A stretch of 64,000 nucleotides of DNA from Mobula hypostoma (Eukaryota), in contig NC_086097.1 in assembly GCF_963921235.1 (NCBI RefSeq), forward strand, positions 111,664,001-111,728,000, read 5' to 3'. The position numbers and the translations under genes are program-made. The notes below the pieces were generated by a model. That model was given only the letters and a program-made list of their open reading frames with translations. It searched no databases and was not told the origin of the DNA. Shown here piece by piece: positions 23,290-36,775 of this stretch (position 1 is its first letter; each line of letters begins with the position of its first letter).

Positions 23290-24860
23290 TTTAAGATAGA
23301 TTACATAGACACTTTATTGATCTGAAAGGAAAGTACAGTCTCACAGTAGCATTACAAGTACATAGATATGAATATTAGAAGAGAAGTAGAAAGAACAAAA
23401 ATAATTTCCCACAAATTAGACAGGAGGGGGGTCATCACTTCCCCAGCTATAGTTGACTCATTATAGAGCCTAATGACCAAGGGTAAGAATGACTTCATAT
23501 AGCGCTCTTTGGAGCAACACAGCTCCTTAGTCTATTACTAAAAGTGCTCCTCTGTTCAGCCAAGATGGGTGAGAAACATTGTCCAGAATTGTCAGGATTT
23601 TCCGTAGGGTCCTTAGTTCTACCACAGCCTCCAGCATGTCCATTTTGACTCCTATAACAAAGCCAGGCTTTTTAATCGGTTTATTTAATCAGCCCATTGC
23701 CATTACCCGCATTGATACTACTGCCCCAGCACACTACCACATAGAAGATCGTACTGTGACAACAGGCTGGTAGAACATGTGAAGGAGAGACCTGCATACT
23801 CCAAAGTCTCCTCAGGAAGTAGAGGTGACTCTGGCCCTTCTCGTACACATCCTCTGTGTTGGTGCTCCACTCAATTCTGTCATCCAGGTGCACCTCAGGC
23901 ACTGGTAGATCCTCACCACATCCACTTTCTCACCATCAGGGAGCAGTGCAGGCTTTGTCTTCCTAAAGTCCATCACCATCTCCTTTGTCTTACTGATGAT
24001 GAGCTGCAGATGATTCAGCTTGCACCATTTGACAAAGTCCTCCACCAGGGCCCTGTATTCATCCCCCCTACATACACCCAACTATTGCTGAGTCATCATG
24101 ATGTGTGAGGTCAGGGACACTGCATGGTAGTCATTCAAGACTTCTGGTTGGCTCTTCTTAGGTGCTGGGACCACACATGATGTTTTCTACACAGTCGGAA
24201 CGGGATGAGACTCAGATTGAAAATACACTGGGGAACTCCACACAGCTGCTCAGCACACTCCTTCAGGACCTTGGGGTTCACACCATCCAGTCCCAATGCT
24301 TTGCCGTGTCTGAGTTTCCCCAGAGCCCTTCTCCCTGCTCAGTAGTGAAAGTGAGTCCATGATGACTGTGAAGATGATGCAGAGTAGGGTTGGGGGAGGT
24401 GAAGATCGGGATGATAGCAGTTGGTATGTGGAGGTGTGGATGGTAGTTTAGGGCAAGGAGGGGATGTAGATAGTGGTAGCCTGTGTTGTTCATCCACATG
24501 TTGAATTCTAGGGAGAGGATGGAGGAGGGGAGGCGTTGGTGCTGAGGGAGCAATGGGTGCCTGGACACCTGGACTGGTGTGCTGAGGGGGGTGTGAACAG
24601 GAGGACAATTGTCAAACCTATTGAAGAATTAGTTTAACTCATTACCCCACTCACGGCTGCATTCTGAGGCTGTACAGCTCGGCTGATTGAAGCCAGTGAT
24701 GTTCTTCATACCTCTCCACTCCTCCCGTGTGCTTCTCTGTCCAAGCTTGTTCTTCATCTCTCTCCTGTGTTCCTCTTCAGTCACCTTGATCTTCTCCTTC
24801 AGCTCCCTCGGAACATGTTTCAATTCCTCCCTCTCTCCTGATCTACAGCTCTTAAGGCAG
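23290..24860 (-). mobile_element. Rex1/Babar-type LINE, internally deleted
   Basis: VKWCKLNHLQLIISKTKEMVMDFRK, HLYFLRRL and WRGMKNITGF in minus-strand ORF fragments. Confidence 0.8.
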
Positions 24861-25265
24861 AGTAATTCTAGGCAGTTTCTAGAGCAGGTCACATGGTCAG
24901 CACAACATTGTGGGCCGAAGGGCCTGTAAAGTGCTGTAGATTTCTATGTCCTATGTTGTAGAACATGGTTTGTCGAATCTTTAGGTTGTGCTCAGTGATC
25001 ATTTTAAAGGCTGAAATGAGTGAAGTTATCCACACTCGTTCAAAGGGCCTGATGGTTGAATAGTAATACTATCCCTGAACAGGTGGTGTGGGAACTGAGG
25101 CTGATACCTCATTCCTGATGGCAGCATCGAGAAGAGAGAATGGCCAGGATTGTATACATGCACAATGGTGGAGAGTGGAGAGGGTTTTCCTGTCATGTGC
25201 TTGGGTGTATCCATCACTTTTTGTAAGTGTTGCTGTTCTTGGGCATTGGTGTTTTCAAACCAGGA

Positions 25266-28250
25266 CATAAGACCGTAAGACATAGGAGCAGAATCAGGCC
25301 ATTTGGCCCATCAAGTCTGCTCTGCCAATACATCATGGCTGATTTATTATCCCTGTTTAACCCATTATCCTGCCATATCCCCGTAAGATTTGATGCCCTT
25401 ACTAATCAGTAACTTATCAACCTCCACTTTAAACATACCCACAGCTGACTATGGCAATGAATTTCACAAATTCACCACCCTCTGGCTAAAGAATATTCTC
25501 CACATCTTTGTTCTAAAGGGACATCCTACTACTCTGATGCTCTGTCCTCTTGTCCTAGACTCCACCACTATATGAAAAATCCTCTCCATGTCTACTCCAT
25601 CTAGGCCTTTCAAAATTCCAAGGGTTTCAATGAGATCACCCCCACCATTCTTCTAAACTCCAGCGAGTACAGGCCTTGAGCCATCAAACGCACCTCATAT
25701 GCTAACCCTTTCATTCCCAGGATCATACTTGTGAACCTCCTCTGGACCCACTCCCATGCTAGCATAGCCTTTCCTAGATATGGGACCTGAGACTGTCACA
25801 ATGTTCCAAGTGCAGTCTGATGAAGTCCTTAGAAAGCCTTAGCATTACATCCTTGCTTTTACATTCTGCTTCTCCGAAAATGAGTGTTAACATTGCATTT
25901 GCCTTCTTTACCATGAACTCAACCTGCAAATTAACCTTCAGTGAATCCTGCGCAAGAACTCCCAAGTTCTTTGCTCCTCTGATTTCTGAACTTTTTCCCT
26001 GTTTAGAAAATAGTCTGCTCCTTCATATCTTCTACCAAACTGCATGACCCATTCTCTTCCCTACACTATATTCCATCTGCCACTTCTTTGCCTATTTTCC
26101 TAATTGGTCTCTGTCCTTTTGCAGACTCCCTGCCTCCTCAACACTACCTGCCCCTCCACCTCTCTCGGCGTCATCTGCAAACTTGGGTACAAAGCTGTCA
26201 GTTCTGCCATCCAAATCATTAACTTTCAAAGTGAGAAGAAATGGTCCCTACACCAATACCTGCAGAATTCCGTTCCTGTAATACCCATTTAGCAGCCACA
26301 TGGGTGACACTCTGTCAAAGGCCTTTTGAAATTCCAAGTAAACAACATCCACTGACTCTCCTCTGTCTATCCTGCTTGTTATTTCCTCGAAGAATTCCAA
26401 CAGATTTTCACCTGAAGGAAACCATGTTGACCTCACCCATGTTATCATATTCCTCCAAGTACCCTGAAATGTCATCCTTAGGAATGGACACCAACATCAT
26501 ACCAACCACTGAAGCTAGGCTTACTGGTGTATAATATCCTGATTTTTGCCTCTATCCCTTAAAGAGTGGAATGACATTTGCGATGTATAAATTCAGTTGT
26601 GGATGAGTGCATCCCCATTAAATCACAGAGAGTCTTCCCCAACCAGAAGTCCTGGATGAACCAAGAGATCAGAAATCTGCTGAAGACTAGATCAGTAGTG
26701 CTCAGGTCTGGTGACCAACTAAAATAAAGTCCATTTATGATCTCCAGAAAGCCACCTCACATGCAAAGTGGCAATTCTGAACCAATATTTATACACAGAA
26801 GGAGGAGATTGAAAATCTGGCTGAGTGGTGGCACAGTAATAACCTCTCACTCAATGTCGGCAAGACCAAAAAGCTATTTATTGACTACAGAAGGAAGCAT
26901 CCTGAGGCCCATGAACCAGTCCCCAGCTGGAGTATATGAGGTGGAGATTCTTATTTCAGAGAATCTGTTCTGGGACTAGCACCTAAATGCCATTAAAAAG
27001 AAATCACCATAGCGTCTCTACTTTCTTAGAAGTTTGTGAAGATTTGGCATGTCATCTAAAACTTTGACAAGTTTCTATAAATGTGCGGTGGAGATTATAC
27101 TGACTTGTGGACTGGTAGGCAAACATCAATGCCCTTCAACAGAAAAGCCGACAAAAAGTAATGGATACAGTTTAGATCATCCTGGGGATGGCCCACTCTA
27201 CCATTGAGCATGTCTAAAAGGAGTGCTGTCATAGGAAAGCAGCATCCATCATCAAGGATCCCCACCACCCAGGACATGGTCTCTTCTTGCTGCTGCCATT
27301 GGGAAGAAGGTACAGGAGCCCAAGGACTCACACCACCAGGTTCAGGAACAGTTATTACCCCCTCAACCATCAACTCTTGAACCAGAAGGGATAACTTCAT
27401 TCAACTTGACTTGCTCCATCATTGAACTGTTCATAACCTATGGACTCACTTTCAAGGACTCTTCACCTCATGTTCTTGATACTTATTGCTTACTTATTAT
27501 GAGGAGTATTATTATACTTTCTTCTGTTTGTATTTGTACTTTATTTTATTTTGCACATTGTTGTCTGTATTGTGTGTGGTTTTTCATTTATTCTACTACG
27601 TTTCTTTGCCAACAGGAAACTAAATCTCAGGATTGTATATGGTGACATATAATAAATTTACTTTGAACTTTGTCTTCAGTTTTGCTTTTATGCTGGTTTT
27701 GACTTTGCTTGTCAGCCATAGTTGCCTCTTCCTCCCTTTAGAATACTTCTTCAGGATGTGTTTATTCTGAGCCTTCCAAGTTGCTTCTAGAAACTCCAGC
27801 CTTTGCTGTTCGCCTGTCGTCAGCTTTGGCCAGGTAATTTCTCATGCCTCTGTAAATCCCTTTAGTCCACTGTAATACTGATACACCTGACTTTAGTTGT
27901 TCCCTCTCAAACTGCAGGGTGAATTCTATCATATTATGATTACTGCTTCATAAGGGTTCCTTTACCTTACGTTCCCTAATCAATTCAGGTTTATTACACG
28001 GCACTCAATACAGAATTGCCTTTTGCCTAGAGGGCTCAACCACAAGCTACTATAAAAAGCCAAGATGTGGGCATCCTACAAATTACTTTTCTTGGGATCA
28101 GGCACCAAACTGATTTTCCCAATCTCCCTATATATTGAAATCCCTGCATGACCCAAATCCCCATATGACTATCATAACATTGTCCCATATATCCCCATAT
28201 GACCCAAATCCCCGTATGACTATTGTAACATTGTCCTTTTTACATGCAAA
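25266..28250 (-). mobile_element. Decayed CR1 LINE interrupted by a Rex1/Babar fragment
   Basis: CR1 tail at 25266-25320. NLLEFFEEITSRIDRGESVDVVYLEFQKAFD at 26248-26475. APE region resumes at about 27673. Confidence 0.8.
26590..27672 (+). mobile_element. Rex1/Babar-type LINE fragment
   Basis: PNQKSWMN-coding region, then NNLSLNV-KTK and LYFLR regions. AATAAATTTACTTTGAACTTTG tail. Confidence 0.75.
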
Positions 28251-28254
28251 AGTA

Positions 28255-30400
28255 ACTTAGATCTACCCCATCTGTTTTGGCTTCATTCATAGATGACCAC
28301 ACTGATCTTCAACTGGAAGCAGTTTTGTCCCTCCTACCCATTTGCTCATAACACTGTATATCTATAGAAACTCTTGGGATTCTCTTTTACTTTGTCGGCA
28401 AGAGCAATATCATGTTATTCATTCAATCCTCCTTACTACTCTATTACGTGTTTTCTCATGTTCCTATATACTCCTTAAACATTGATTTCATGTTTATACT
28501 TGATATACCCCTCCTTCTTCTTCTTATTCTTAACCTGGACCTCAGTATCTCTCAAACATGAAAGTTCCTTGAACCTTTCAGCCAGATCTCTTCTGATGCT
28601 AACAAAATTGATCTTTCTACAATTTAGAATCCCAACCAGAGGACTAGTCCGTCCTCCTCCATAATTATATTGAAACCAATGGAATTTTGATCAGTAGATG
28701 CGAAGTGTTTTGTGTCCTGCCCTGTCTTGTTCTCTAATAGGAGATGCAGAATCTCTATATATTGATCTGTAATCTCTGTATATTGATTAAGGAAATTTTC
28801 CTGAATGCATTTGATAATCTCTATCTCATCCACTCCTTTCGCAATATGGGAGTCCCAGTTAATATATGGAGAGTTAAAATCTCCAACCTTCTCAACTTTA
28901 TTTTTGTTTCAACTATCTACTAACTCTCTCCAAATTTGCTCCTCTAAATCCTGCTGACAATTGATGCTCTAAAATATAATCTCATTAACATGGTCATCAC
29001 TTTCTTATTCCACATATAGCTTCAGTAGACGAGCTGTCCAATTTGTCGACTCTGAGCAGTGCTGTGGCATGTTATTGATATGATGACTAATGCCACCCTA
29101 CCCCCTTTAATACCTCCTCCGTCTAAAACACAGCATCCCAGAACATTACGTTGCTTTTCCTGCTCTCCTGCAACCAAGACTCACTAATGGCTACAATGCC
29201 ATAATTCTACGTGCTTGTCCATGCTCTAAATTCATCTGACTTACTAATAATATTCCTTGCATTGAAATAGACACAGGTTCCTAAGGTTGTAGTAGCTGGA
29301 GGTGGTAATGGGGACAATCTCTCACTACTTAATACGCGTTTCCAATGGTGTTTATTTCAAATAGCCTTGGACAACCAAGTCCAGCTCCTGGCCTTCAGGT
29401 GTGGCTTTGCTACTAAGCCCAGTAGAACCATTTCTACTGATAGGAGAAGGGGCAAAAGCGGGCTAATGGCACCTTGAAACCAGTCACTTTGCGCAGATGG
29501 GGCTCATTAGCCGTAGATGGCAGCTCATCTAGAAGAAGGAAAACTCTGATCTCAAAATTCTGCAGCCTTGTGGCTATACCCATTCATGGGGAAGGCTTTG
29601 GGAGTTAACCCAAGGGAAAAATCTGAGGCAGTCTTATATTGAGTTCAGTCTCTGCCGTTCCTTTGGGTTCATCAGATGTGTAGAGAGGGAGAGCTTGCTA
29701 CATGGGCAAAAACTTGCTCTCCATATCATACTGCCCAGGCTTGTGTATCTAGACATCTAGCATGCAATATCCATGGTTGACCCTGACCAACAGAGGCCTC
29801 AAAGAAATAGACACATATCAGAACATTAGTCCCACTATGCTCATCAACAAGTCAGTTTCTGTCTTTGCTTAACATCTACATTCCCCATAATCACTCCACC
29901 TGCTAACCAGCTACTATGGTTTCAACCCACTGCATTACTGGTTTAAAGTCCCCGCAGTACTAGCAAACCATCCCACTGGTAGAGGTCCCACCTTCCCTGG
30001 ATGAGAGCATGATGATTCAAAACCTAAAGCCTTCCCTCTTGCACCATCTCTTTAGCTATGTGTTAAACTGCTCTGTCTTCCTAATTCTGGCCTCACTAGC
30101 ATGTGGCTCAGATAGCAATACTGCGATTACCGCCCCCCCCCCCACCCTCCGAAGGTGATAATCTTTGACTAAGCACCTATCCCTTTGAATTTACTTTGCA
30201 GGATCTCATCATCCTTCTGCCTGTGTCATTGGTACAGAAGTCATTGCACCAGACCTCTGGCTGCTCATTCACCCCTGAGAACGCTATGGACTCCATTTGA
30301 GAGTCTTTGACACTAGCACCCCTAGGCAACCATCCAGGAATCTCATTCTCATCCATAATATCTCCTGTCTGTCCCAATAACCAATAAATCCCCTATCACT
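28255..30400 (-). mobile_element. Old CR1 ORF1/APE relic, host of the 29276-29803 insert
   Basis: Minus-strand EIIKCIQENFLNQY (APE) and PEVW...TNDTGR (SGNH ORF1) fragments. Confidence 0.65.
29276..29803 (+). mobile_element. Non-coding 528-bp retroposed insert, probably a bipartite non-autonomous RTE derivative
   Basis: 12-bp TSD GAAATAGACACA (29264-29275 and 29804-29815), no ORF. GGCAGCTCATCTAGAAGAAGGAAAACTCTG and the 3' CCATGG...GAGGCCTCAAA resemble RTE UTR motifs (from memory, not searched). Confidence 0.7.
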
Positions 30401-30429
30401 ATTGCCGAGAGGATTTATGTGCAATAGGA

Positions 30430-31195
30430 AAACAACGGCATCAGTAAGGACAGTCATAATGACGTTGTGCAGGGTAAGTCTTGTCTTATTTAGTGGAGCT
30501 TTTTTCGAGGAGGTGAGAAAATGATTGATGAAGGTGGACATGGATTTTAGTAAGGTGTTTGACTGGGTGCTGCTTGGAAAGCTCATCCAGAAGGTCAAAG
30601 TGCAATAGGATCCATGGTAAATTGGCCATTTGGATTCAGAACTGACTTGTCCATAGAAAGCTGAAGCTAGTGGTCGATAGGAATTGTTCAGGCTGGAGAT
30701 CCATGATTACTGGTGTTTCACAGGGGCCCGTACTGGGATCTTTGCTGTTCATGATATATATCAATGACCAAGGAGGAAATGTGGATGGGTGCATTTGTAA
30801 GTTTGCAAATGATAGGAAGATCAATGGTGTTGTGGATAGCATAAAACAGTGGCAAAGGATGCATTGGGTTATAGATTAAGTGCAGATATAGGTGGAAGAA
30901 TGAAAGATGAAGTTTAACCAGGCCAAATATGGCATTGCACCTTGTGAGATCAAATGTAAAGAGACAGTGCACTATCAATGGCAAAACCATTAACGGTGTT
31001 GATGAACAGGGGGATTTTGGGCTCCAAGTCCACAGCTCCCTGTTAGTTGCTGCACAGGTTGATAGTATGTAGAGAAGGCATGTCGCATGCTTGGCATTAT
31101 TAGTTGAGGAACTGAGTTTAAGAGTTGGGAAGTTGTGGTGCTTCGACGGTATTTTGAGTTCTTGCATTCAGTCAGGTCACCCATTATAGGCCTGA
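30430..31195 (+). mobile_element. CR1 RT fragment
   Basis: GVSQGPVLGSLLFMIYIND and CKFAND in ORF 30670-30879. Confidence 0.85.
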
Positions 31196-31297
31196 TGCCT
31201 GTTATAGCGGTCTCCAATATACATTGGGTCTCTTTGCTGTAGAGGAAACCGCATCAGCAGCACCAGATACAGTAGTTGACCCAACAGACTTGCAGGT

Positions 31298-31830
31298 TGT
31301 TACAATTAACAAGCGTTTATCGTGTCCAGTGCAGCCAAATAGGTTTGTTTGACTCGTAGTCACCTGGAAACAATTAACACATTCACACACACAGAATTAG
31401 TAGGTCAAACGTTAATTGATGGATGGACAAGCCTGACAAATCGACCAATCCCATGATGTCATATGACAGGCCAATAAACAGTCACCCAGTGGATAGGACA
31501 TCTCTCCACCCATACGTTTTTAGGCAATACTAGCTTGATGATATTCCACTGGTTTTCTTGTCAGTTCTGACTGTCACAATCCAGAAACCCCAGGATCCAC
31601 TGTTGGTCTGGATTCAGTGATTCCAGCATTGATAGGTTGCGAGGTTGAACCATCTTGTTCACTAGCTTCTTCTGGGATGAGGGATTCACTTGGCCGTCTC
31701 CTGATGTGTTCTGCATGGGAGGTTGGTCAAGAAGGTTCCGTCGCTTGGCATTCAAAATGAGATAGTCAATTAGATTTGACATTAGCTTTGTGGGGATAGC
31801 TAGAGAGTGGTAGTACTTGGTTACCTCTCT
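31298..31830 (-). mobile_element. Probable LTR-retrotransposon 3' fragment (LTR 31298-31500 plus internal tail)
   Basis: A TG...CA segment preceded on the minus strand by the purine tract GGGTGGAGAGA. No TSD or partner LTR. Confidence 0.5.
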
Positions 31831-32780
31831 GACTAGAGGCCTGTGTCTAGTGGAGTTTGTCATCTATATCAATGTGGTTAACAGGATCAGCAAATTTGCG
31901 GAAGACACTAAGATTAGAAGTGTACTGGATAGCGAGGAAGACTATCAGAGCTTGCAGTAGTAACTGGACCAGCTGGAAAAATGGGCTGAAAAATGGCAGG
32001 TGAAATTTAATGCAGACAAGTGTGAGGTGTTGTACTTTGGTAAGGTAGGACACTGAGGAGAGCAATAGCACAAAGAGATCTGGGAATACAGATCCATAAT
32101 CCTTTGAAAGTAGTGTCACAAGTAGATAGGGTCATAAAGAAAGCTTCTGGCACATTGGCCTTCATAATTCAAAGTACTGAGTACAGGAGATGGGATGTTA
32201 TACTGAAGTTGTAAAAGACATTGGCGAGGCCTAATTTGGAGTATTGTGTGCAGTTTTGGTCACCTACCTACAGGAAAGATGTATAAAACTTTGAAAGAGT
32301 ACAGAGAAAATTTACAAGGATGTTGCTGGGTCTGGAGGACCTGACTTTTGAGGAAATGTTCAATAGGTCAGGACTTTATTCCTTGGAATGCAGAAGATTG
32401 AGGGGAAATTTGATGGAGGTATACAAAAGTAAGAGGGGTATAGTTAGGGTAAATGCAAGCTGGCTTTTTCCATTGAGATTGAGTCGGACTACAGCTAGAG
32501 GTCATGGGTTAAGGGTGAAAGGTGTAATGTTTAAGGGAACATGAGGGGAAGTTTCTTTACTCAGAGGGTGGTGAGAGTGGGGAATGAGCTGCCAGCACAA
32601 GTGGAGGATGCAATTTTGATTTCAATGTTTAAGAGGTTTTTATAGGCACATGGATGGGAGGGGTATGGAGAGCTATGGTTCTGGTGCAGGTTGAGGGTGG
32701 AAGCAGTTTAAATAGTTCAGTACAGACTAGATGGGCTGAAGAACATGTTTCTGTGCTATACGTTTTTATGACTCTGTGTT
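31830..32780 (+). mobile_element. CR1 3' fragment
   Basis: SKFAEDTK, RPNLEYCVQFW and GLYSLECRRLRG regions plus a CR1 tail. Confidence 0.9.
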
Positions 32781-32789
32781 CATTTTTAT

Positions 32790-33672
32790 TAGATAAAATA
32801 AATCGGGTAATGATGAGTTTGAGTACAGAGAGGAAATTAAGAACCTGGTGGGATGGTGCGAAGACAATAACCTATCCCTCAATGTCAGCAAGACGAAGGA
32901 ATTGGTTGTTGACTTCAGAAGGAGTAGCGGACTGCAGGACCCAATTTACATCGGTGGTGCGCAAGTGGAACAGGTCAAAAGCTTTAAGTTCCTCGGGGTC
33001 AATATCACAAATGACCTGACTTGGTCCAACCAAGCAGAGTCCACTGCCAAGAAGGCTCACCAGCACCTTTACTTCCTGAGAAAACTAAAGAAATTTGGCC
33101 TGTCCCCTAAAACGCTCACTAATTTTTATAGATGCACAGTAGAAAGCATTCTTCTAGGGTGCATCACAACCTGGTATGGAAGTTGTCCTGTCCAAGACTG
33201 AAAGAAGTTGCAGAAGATTGTGAACATGGCGCAGCACATCACACAAACCAATCTTCCGTCCTTGGACTCACTTTACACCACACGCAGTCGGAGCAGTGCT
33301 GCCAGGATAATCTAGGACACGACCCACCCAGCCAACACACTTTTTATCCCTCTTCCCTCTGGGAGAAGGCTCAGGAGCTTGAAGACTCATATGACCAGAT
33401 TTGGGAACAGGTTCTTTCCAACTATGATAAGACTGCTGAACGGATCCTGACCCGTTTCTGGGCCGTACCCTCCAAATATCTGGACCTGCCTCTCAATTTT
33501 TTTGCACTACCTTACTTTCCATTTTCTATTTTCTATTTATGATTTATAATTTAAATTTTTAATATTTACTATCGATTTGTAATCCAAGGAGCGGGAAGCG
33601 CAGAATCAAATATCGCTGTAATGATTGTATGTTCTAGTATCAATTGTTTGGCAATAGTAAAGTATAAAGTAT
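32790..33672 (+). mobile_element. Rex1/Babar-type LINE 3' fragment, relatively young
   Basis: ORF 32848-33201 WCEDNNLSLNVSKTKELVVDFRR...LYFLRKLKKF...FYRCTVESIL. (AAAGTAT)n tail. Confidence 0.9.
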
Positions 33673-34192
33673 AATCACTTTTATGTGGTTGTAGAAACTC
33701 TTAGAATCTGTGCTTTTATTTCCTGCTTCTTTTGGTTTATATTTTCCTCCTCTTAAATGATATTTTAGTATTTCTTTACTGCTTTCAAAAACCTTCTCAC
33801 TCCGTTTTGCAAATGTTTTAACACCATCCCTAACCTCTTCAATTAGCTGGGCAAGGATCCCTCTTCCCATGGAGCCTTGAATTTCAAAGTAATATCATTA
33901 TGAAGTACTTGTTTCAAAGTCTTCCACTGTTTATCTACTGAAATACATTTAATCGAATAATCAGTCTGTCCTAGACAGCTAGCTCCTCATAGCACACCAT
34001 TGCCTATATTTAAATATAACATATCAATTTTAGTTTTAGATTCATAGTGGAGTTGGTATTCTGCTTCAGGATTCCACAAGGGCACTGGTATTGGAACACA
34101 GTCTAAGTCAATGTCCCACATCTCCATGTTCAGTCAAATATCTTTCAGAGGTGTGTTAGATTATCAGTCTGGCCATCTTTCCATGAAACCTA

Positions 34193-34698
34193 CACTGTGG
34201 TCGCTCTGTTGGGTACACTTATACATCTGCTCATTAATGCAATTATCTAATCGGCAAATCATGCAGTAGCAACTCAATGCATAAGAACATGCAGACATAG
34301 TCAAGAGGTTTAGATGTTGTTCAGACTAAACATCAGAATGGGAAAGAAACTTTGACCATGGAATGATTGTTGGTGGTTTGAGTATCCCAGGAACTGCTGA
34401 TCTCTTGGGATTTTCACATACAATAGTCTCTGGAGTTTACAGGGAAAACATCCAGTGAGCGCAGTTCTGTGGGTGAAAACACCTTGTTAATGAGAGCGGT
34501 CGGAGGAGAATGGCTTCAAGCTGACAGGAAGGTGACAGTAACTCAAATAATCACATGTTATGACAGCGCTGTGCAGAAGGGCATCTCTGAATGTACAACT
34601 CGTCAAACCTGAAGTGGCTGGTCTACAGCATTAGAAGACCATGAACAGTGATTACCTGATTAGATAGAGGAGTTGCCTAATAAAATGGCCACTGAGTG
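34193..34698 (+). mobile_element. Non-autonomous Tc1/mariner-type element
   Basis: TA-flanked, degenerate TIRs CACTGTGGTCGCTCTGTTGGG and CCTAATAAAATGGCCACTGAGTG, with a remnant of the transposase N-terminus. Confidence 0.65.
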
Positions 34699-35066
34699 TA
34701 GTATATAGGGTTTTTCCATTATTTCAAAGTGGCCACTGAAATAGAATGATACTTTGCATCTGTGAGTAAGAGAGTGAGATTTGAGTAGAGCAAGTCTCGT
34801 TGGGAGTGAGTTTTACTTCTGCCAATAAAAGAAGTGAGGTAGAAATGGAACAGCAATTTCTGGAGTGGACCAGGGTTAGAGTGGTTAGGCTTTGGCTCAA
34901 CAAGCTTAGGCAAGAACAGGCAGAGGCTCTAAGTAATTTTCTAGTAAGTTATTCTTTCTCTATCTTGTCTATTAGTACATAGTGAAGTGAGAATGGATCC
35001 AGGGTGAGTGGTGTGTTCTTCGTGTGAGATGTGGAAACTCTGGGAAACCTCCAGTCTCTGTGATAA

Positions 35067-35493
35067 TGTTACCAGGTTCGGATATGGCCCAAGTGCGGAG
35101 TGAGAGAGACTGAAGCTGGTCAATAGTTCACAGACATTAATGCGAACAGTGTTAAAGGGAAAATAAATCGATAAACGCTGGGCCAAACAGGCCACTAACT
35201 AAAACTCTGAAAAGGAAAATGAAGCCTACACTGTGGCTGAAAAGAACATCTAAACATTAAACAAACACCGCTAGTCTTCAGAGTCAGGTGACTTGAAAAT
35301 CCAATATCTCAGGGAAGGCCGAATGCAAAACAGCAGCGAAGCATTGCTATGCTCTGTCTGAGTCTCGACAAGCACTACGATGACAAGAACGGAGTTAAAT
35401 ACGATCACAATTAAATAATAATTAGCTGACACGTGCAACTTCACAAGTGCAGTTGCCGTTATCTACTGCATGGCCGAATCCATGGTTGTAACA
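35067..35493. mobile_element. Solo LTR in CR1 ORF1
   Basis: TGTTAC...GTAACA ends. TSD GATAA/GTTAA (1 mismatch). CR1 ORF1 is continuous once it is removed. Confidence 0.8.
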
Positions 35494-36775
35494 GTTAACT
35501 ACATCTGCATGCAGTGCATCGAGCTGCAGCTCCTTAGAGACTGTGTTAAGGAACTGGAGCTGCAGCTGGATGAACTTCAGCTCATTCTGGAGAATGAAGA
35601 GGTGATAGATAGTAGCTACAGGGAGGTAGTCATCCCTAAATTGAAGGAGGCAGGTACCCTGGTGACTGTCAGGAGAGGGAAAGGGAACGGGCAGCCGGTG
35701 CAGAGTTCCCCGCAATAATAAATACACAGGTTTGGATACAGTTGGAGGTGGGACAGTGACCAGCACTGAGTCTGGCTCTGTGGCTCAGAAAGGAAGGGGA
35801 AGAAGAGGAGAGCAGTAGTGATAGAGGTTTCGGTAGTTAGAGGGGCGGACAGGAGATTCAGTGGACATGCGGATCAAAGGTTGTCTCCCAGTTGCCAGGG
35901 CCAGGGATACCTCAGACTGGGTCCACGGCATTCTAAAGTGGGGGGGGGGGTGAACAGCTGGAAATTGTGGTACCAATGACGTAGGTCAGAAAAGCAATGT
36001 AGTCCTGATGAGAAAATATACTGAGTTAGGTAGCCAGTTGAGAAGCTGGACCTCCAGGGTAATAATCTTTGTATTGCTGCCTGTGCCATGTGCCACTGAG
36101 AGTAAAAATAGGAAGATTTGGTAGATGAATGCATGGCTGAGGAATTGGTGCAGGAGACAAAATTTCAGACTTCTGGAACATTGGGATCTCTTCCGGGGAA
36201 AGCATGAACTGTACAAAAAAGGATGGGATGGGTTGAAGTGTAACATGGCAGAAAAATCAAGAACTGATGGTGTTATATTTGAATGCATGCAGTACACGGA
36301 ATAAGGTAGATAATCTTGTAGCACAGTTGGAAATTGGCAGGTATGATGTTGTGGCCATATCTAAGTCATAGTTGAAAGAAGGTCGTGGTTGGTAACAACA
36401 TTCAAGCGTTGTATCAAAAGGACAGGCAGGTAGGCAAAGGGGCTGGGATGACTCTGTTGGTAAAAAATGAAATCAAATCCTTAGAAAGAGGTGACATGCT
36501 GTAGGATCAGAAGATGTATAATCCTTGTGGGTAGAGTTAAGAAACTGCAAGGGTAAAGAGAACCTAATGAGGGGCTTCTGAACAGTAGCCAGGATGTGGG
36601 GTAAAAATCACAATGGAACATGGAAAAGGCATGTAAAAAAATGTCACAGTAGTCATTGGGATTTCAATATGACAGGTGGATCAGGAAAATCAGGCTGGTT
36701 TCGGATCCCAAGAGAAGGAATTTGTAGAGTGCCTACAAAATGGCTTTGCAGAGCTACTTGTGGTTGAGCCCTTTC

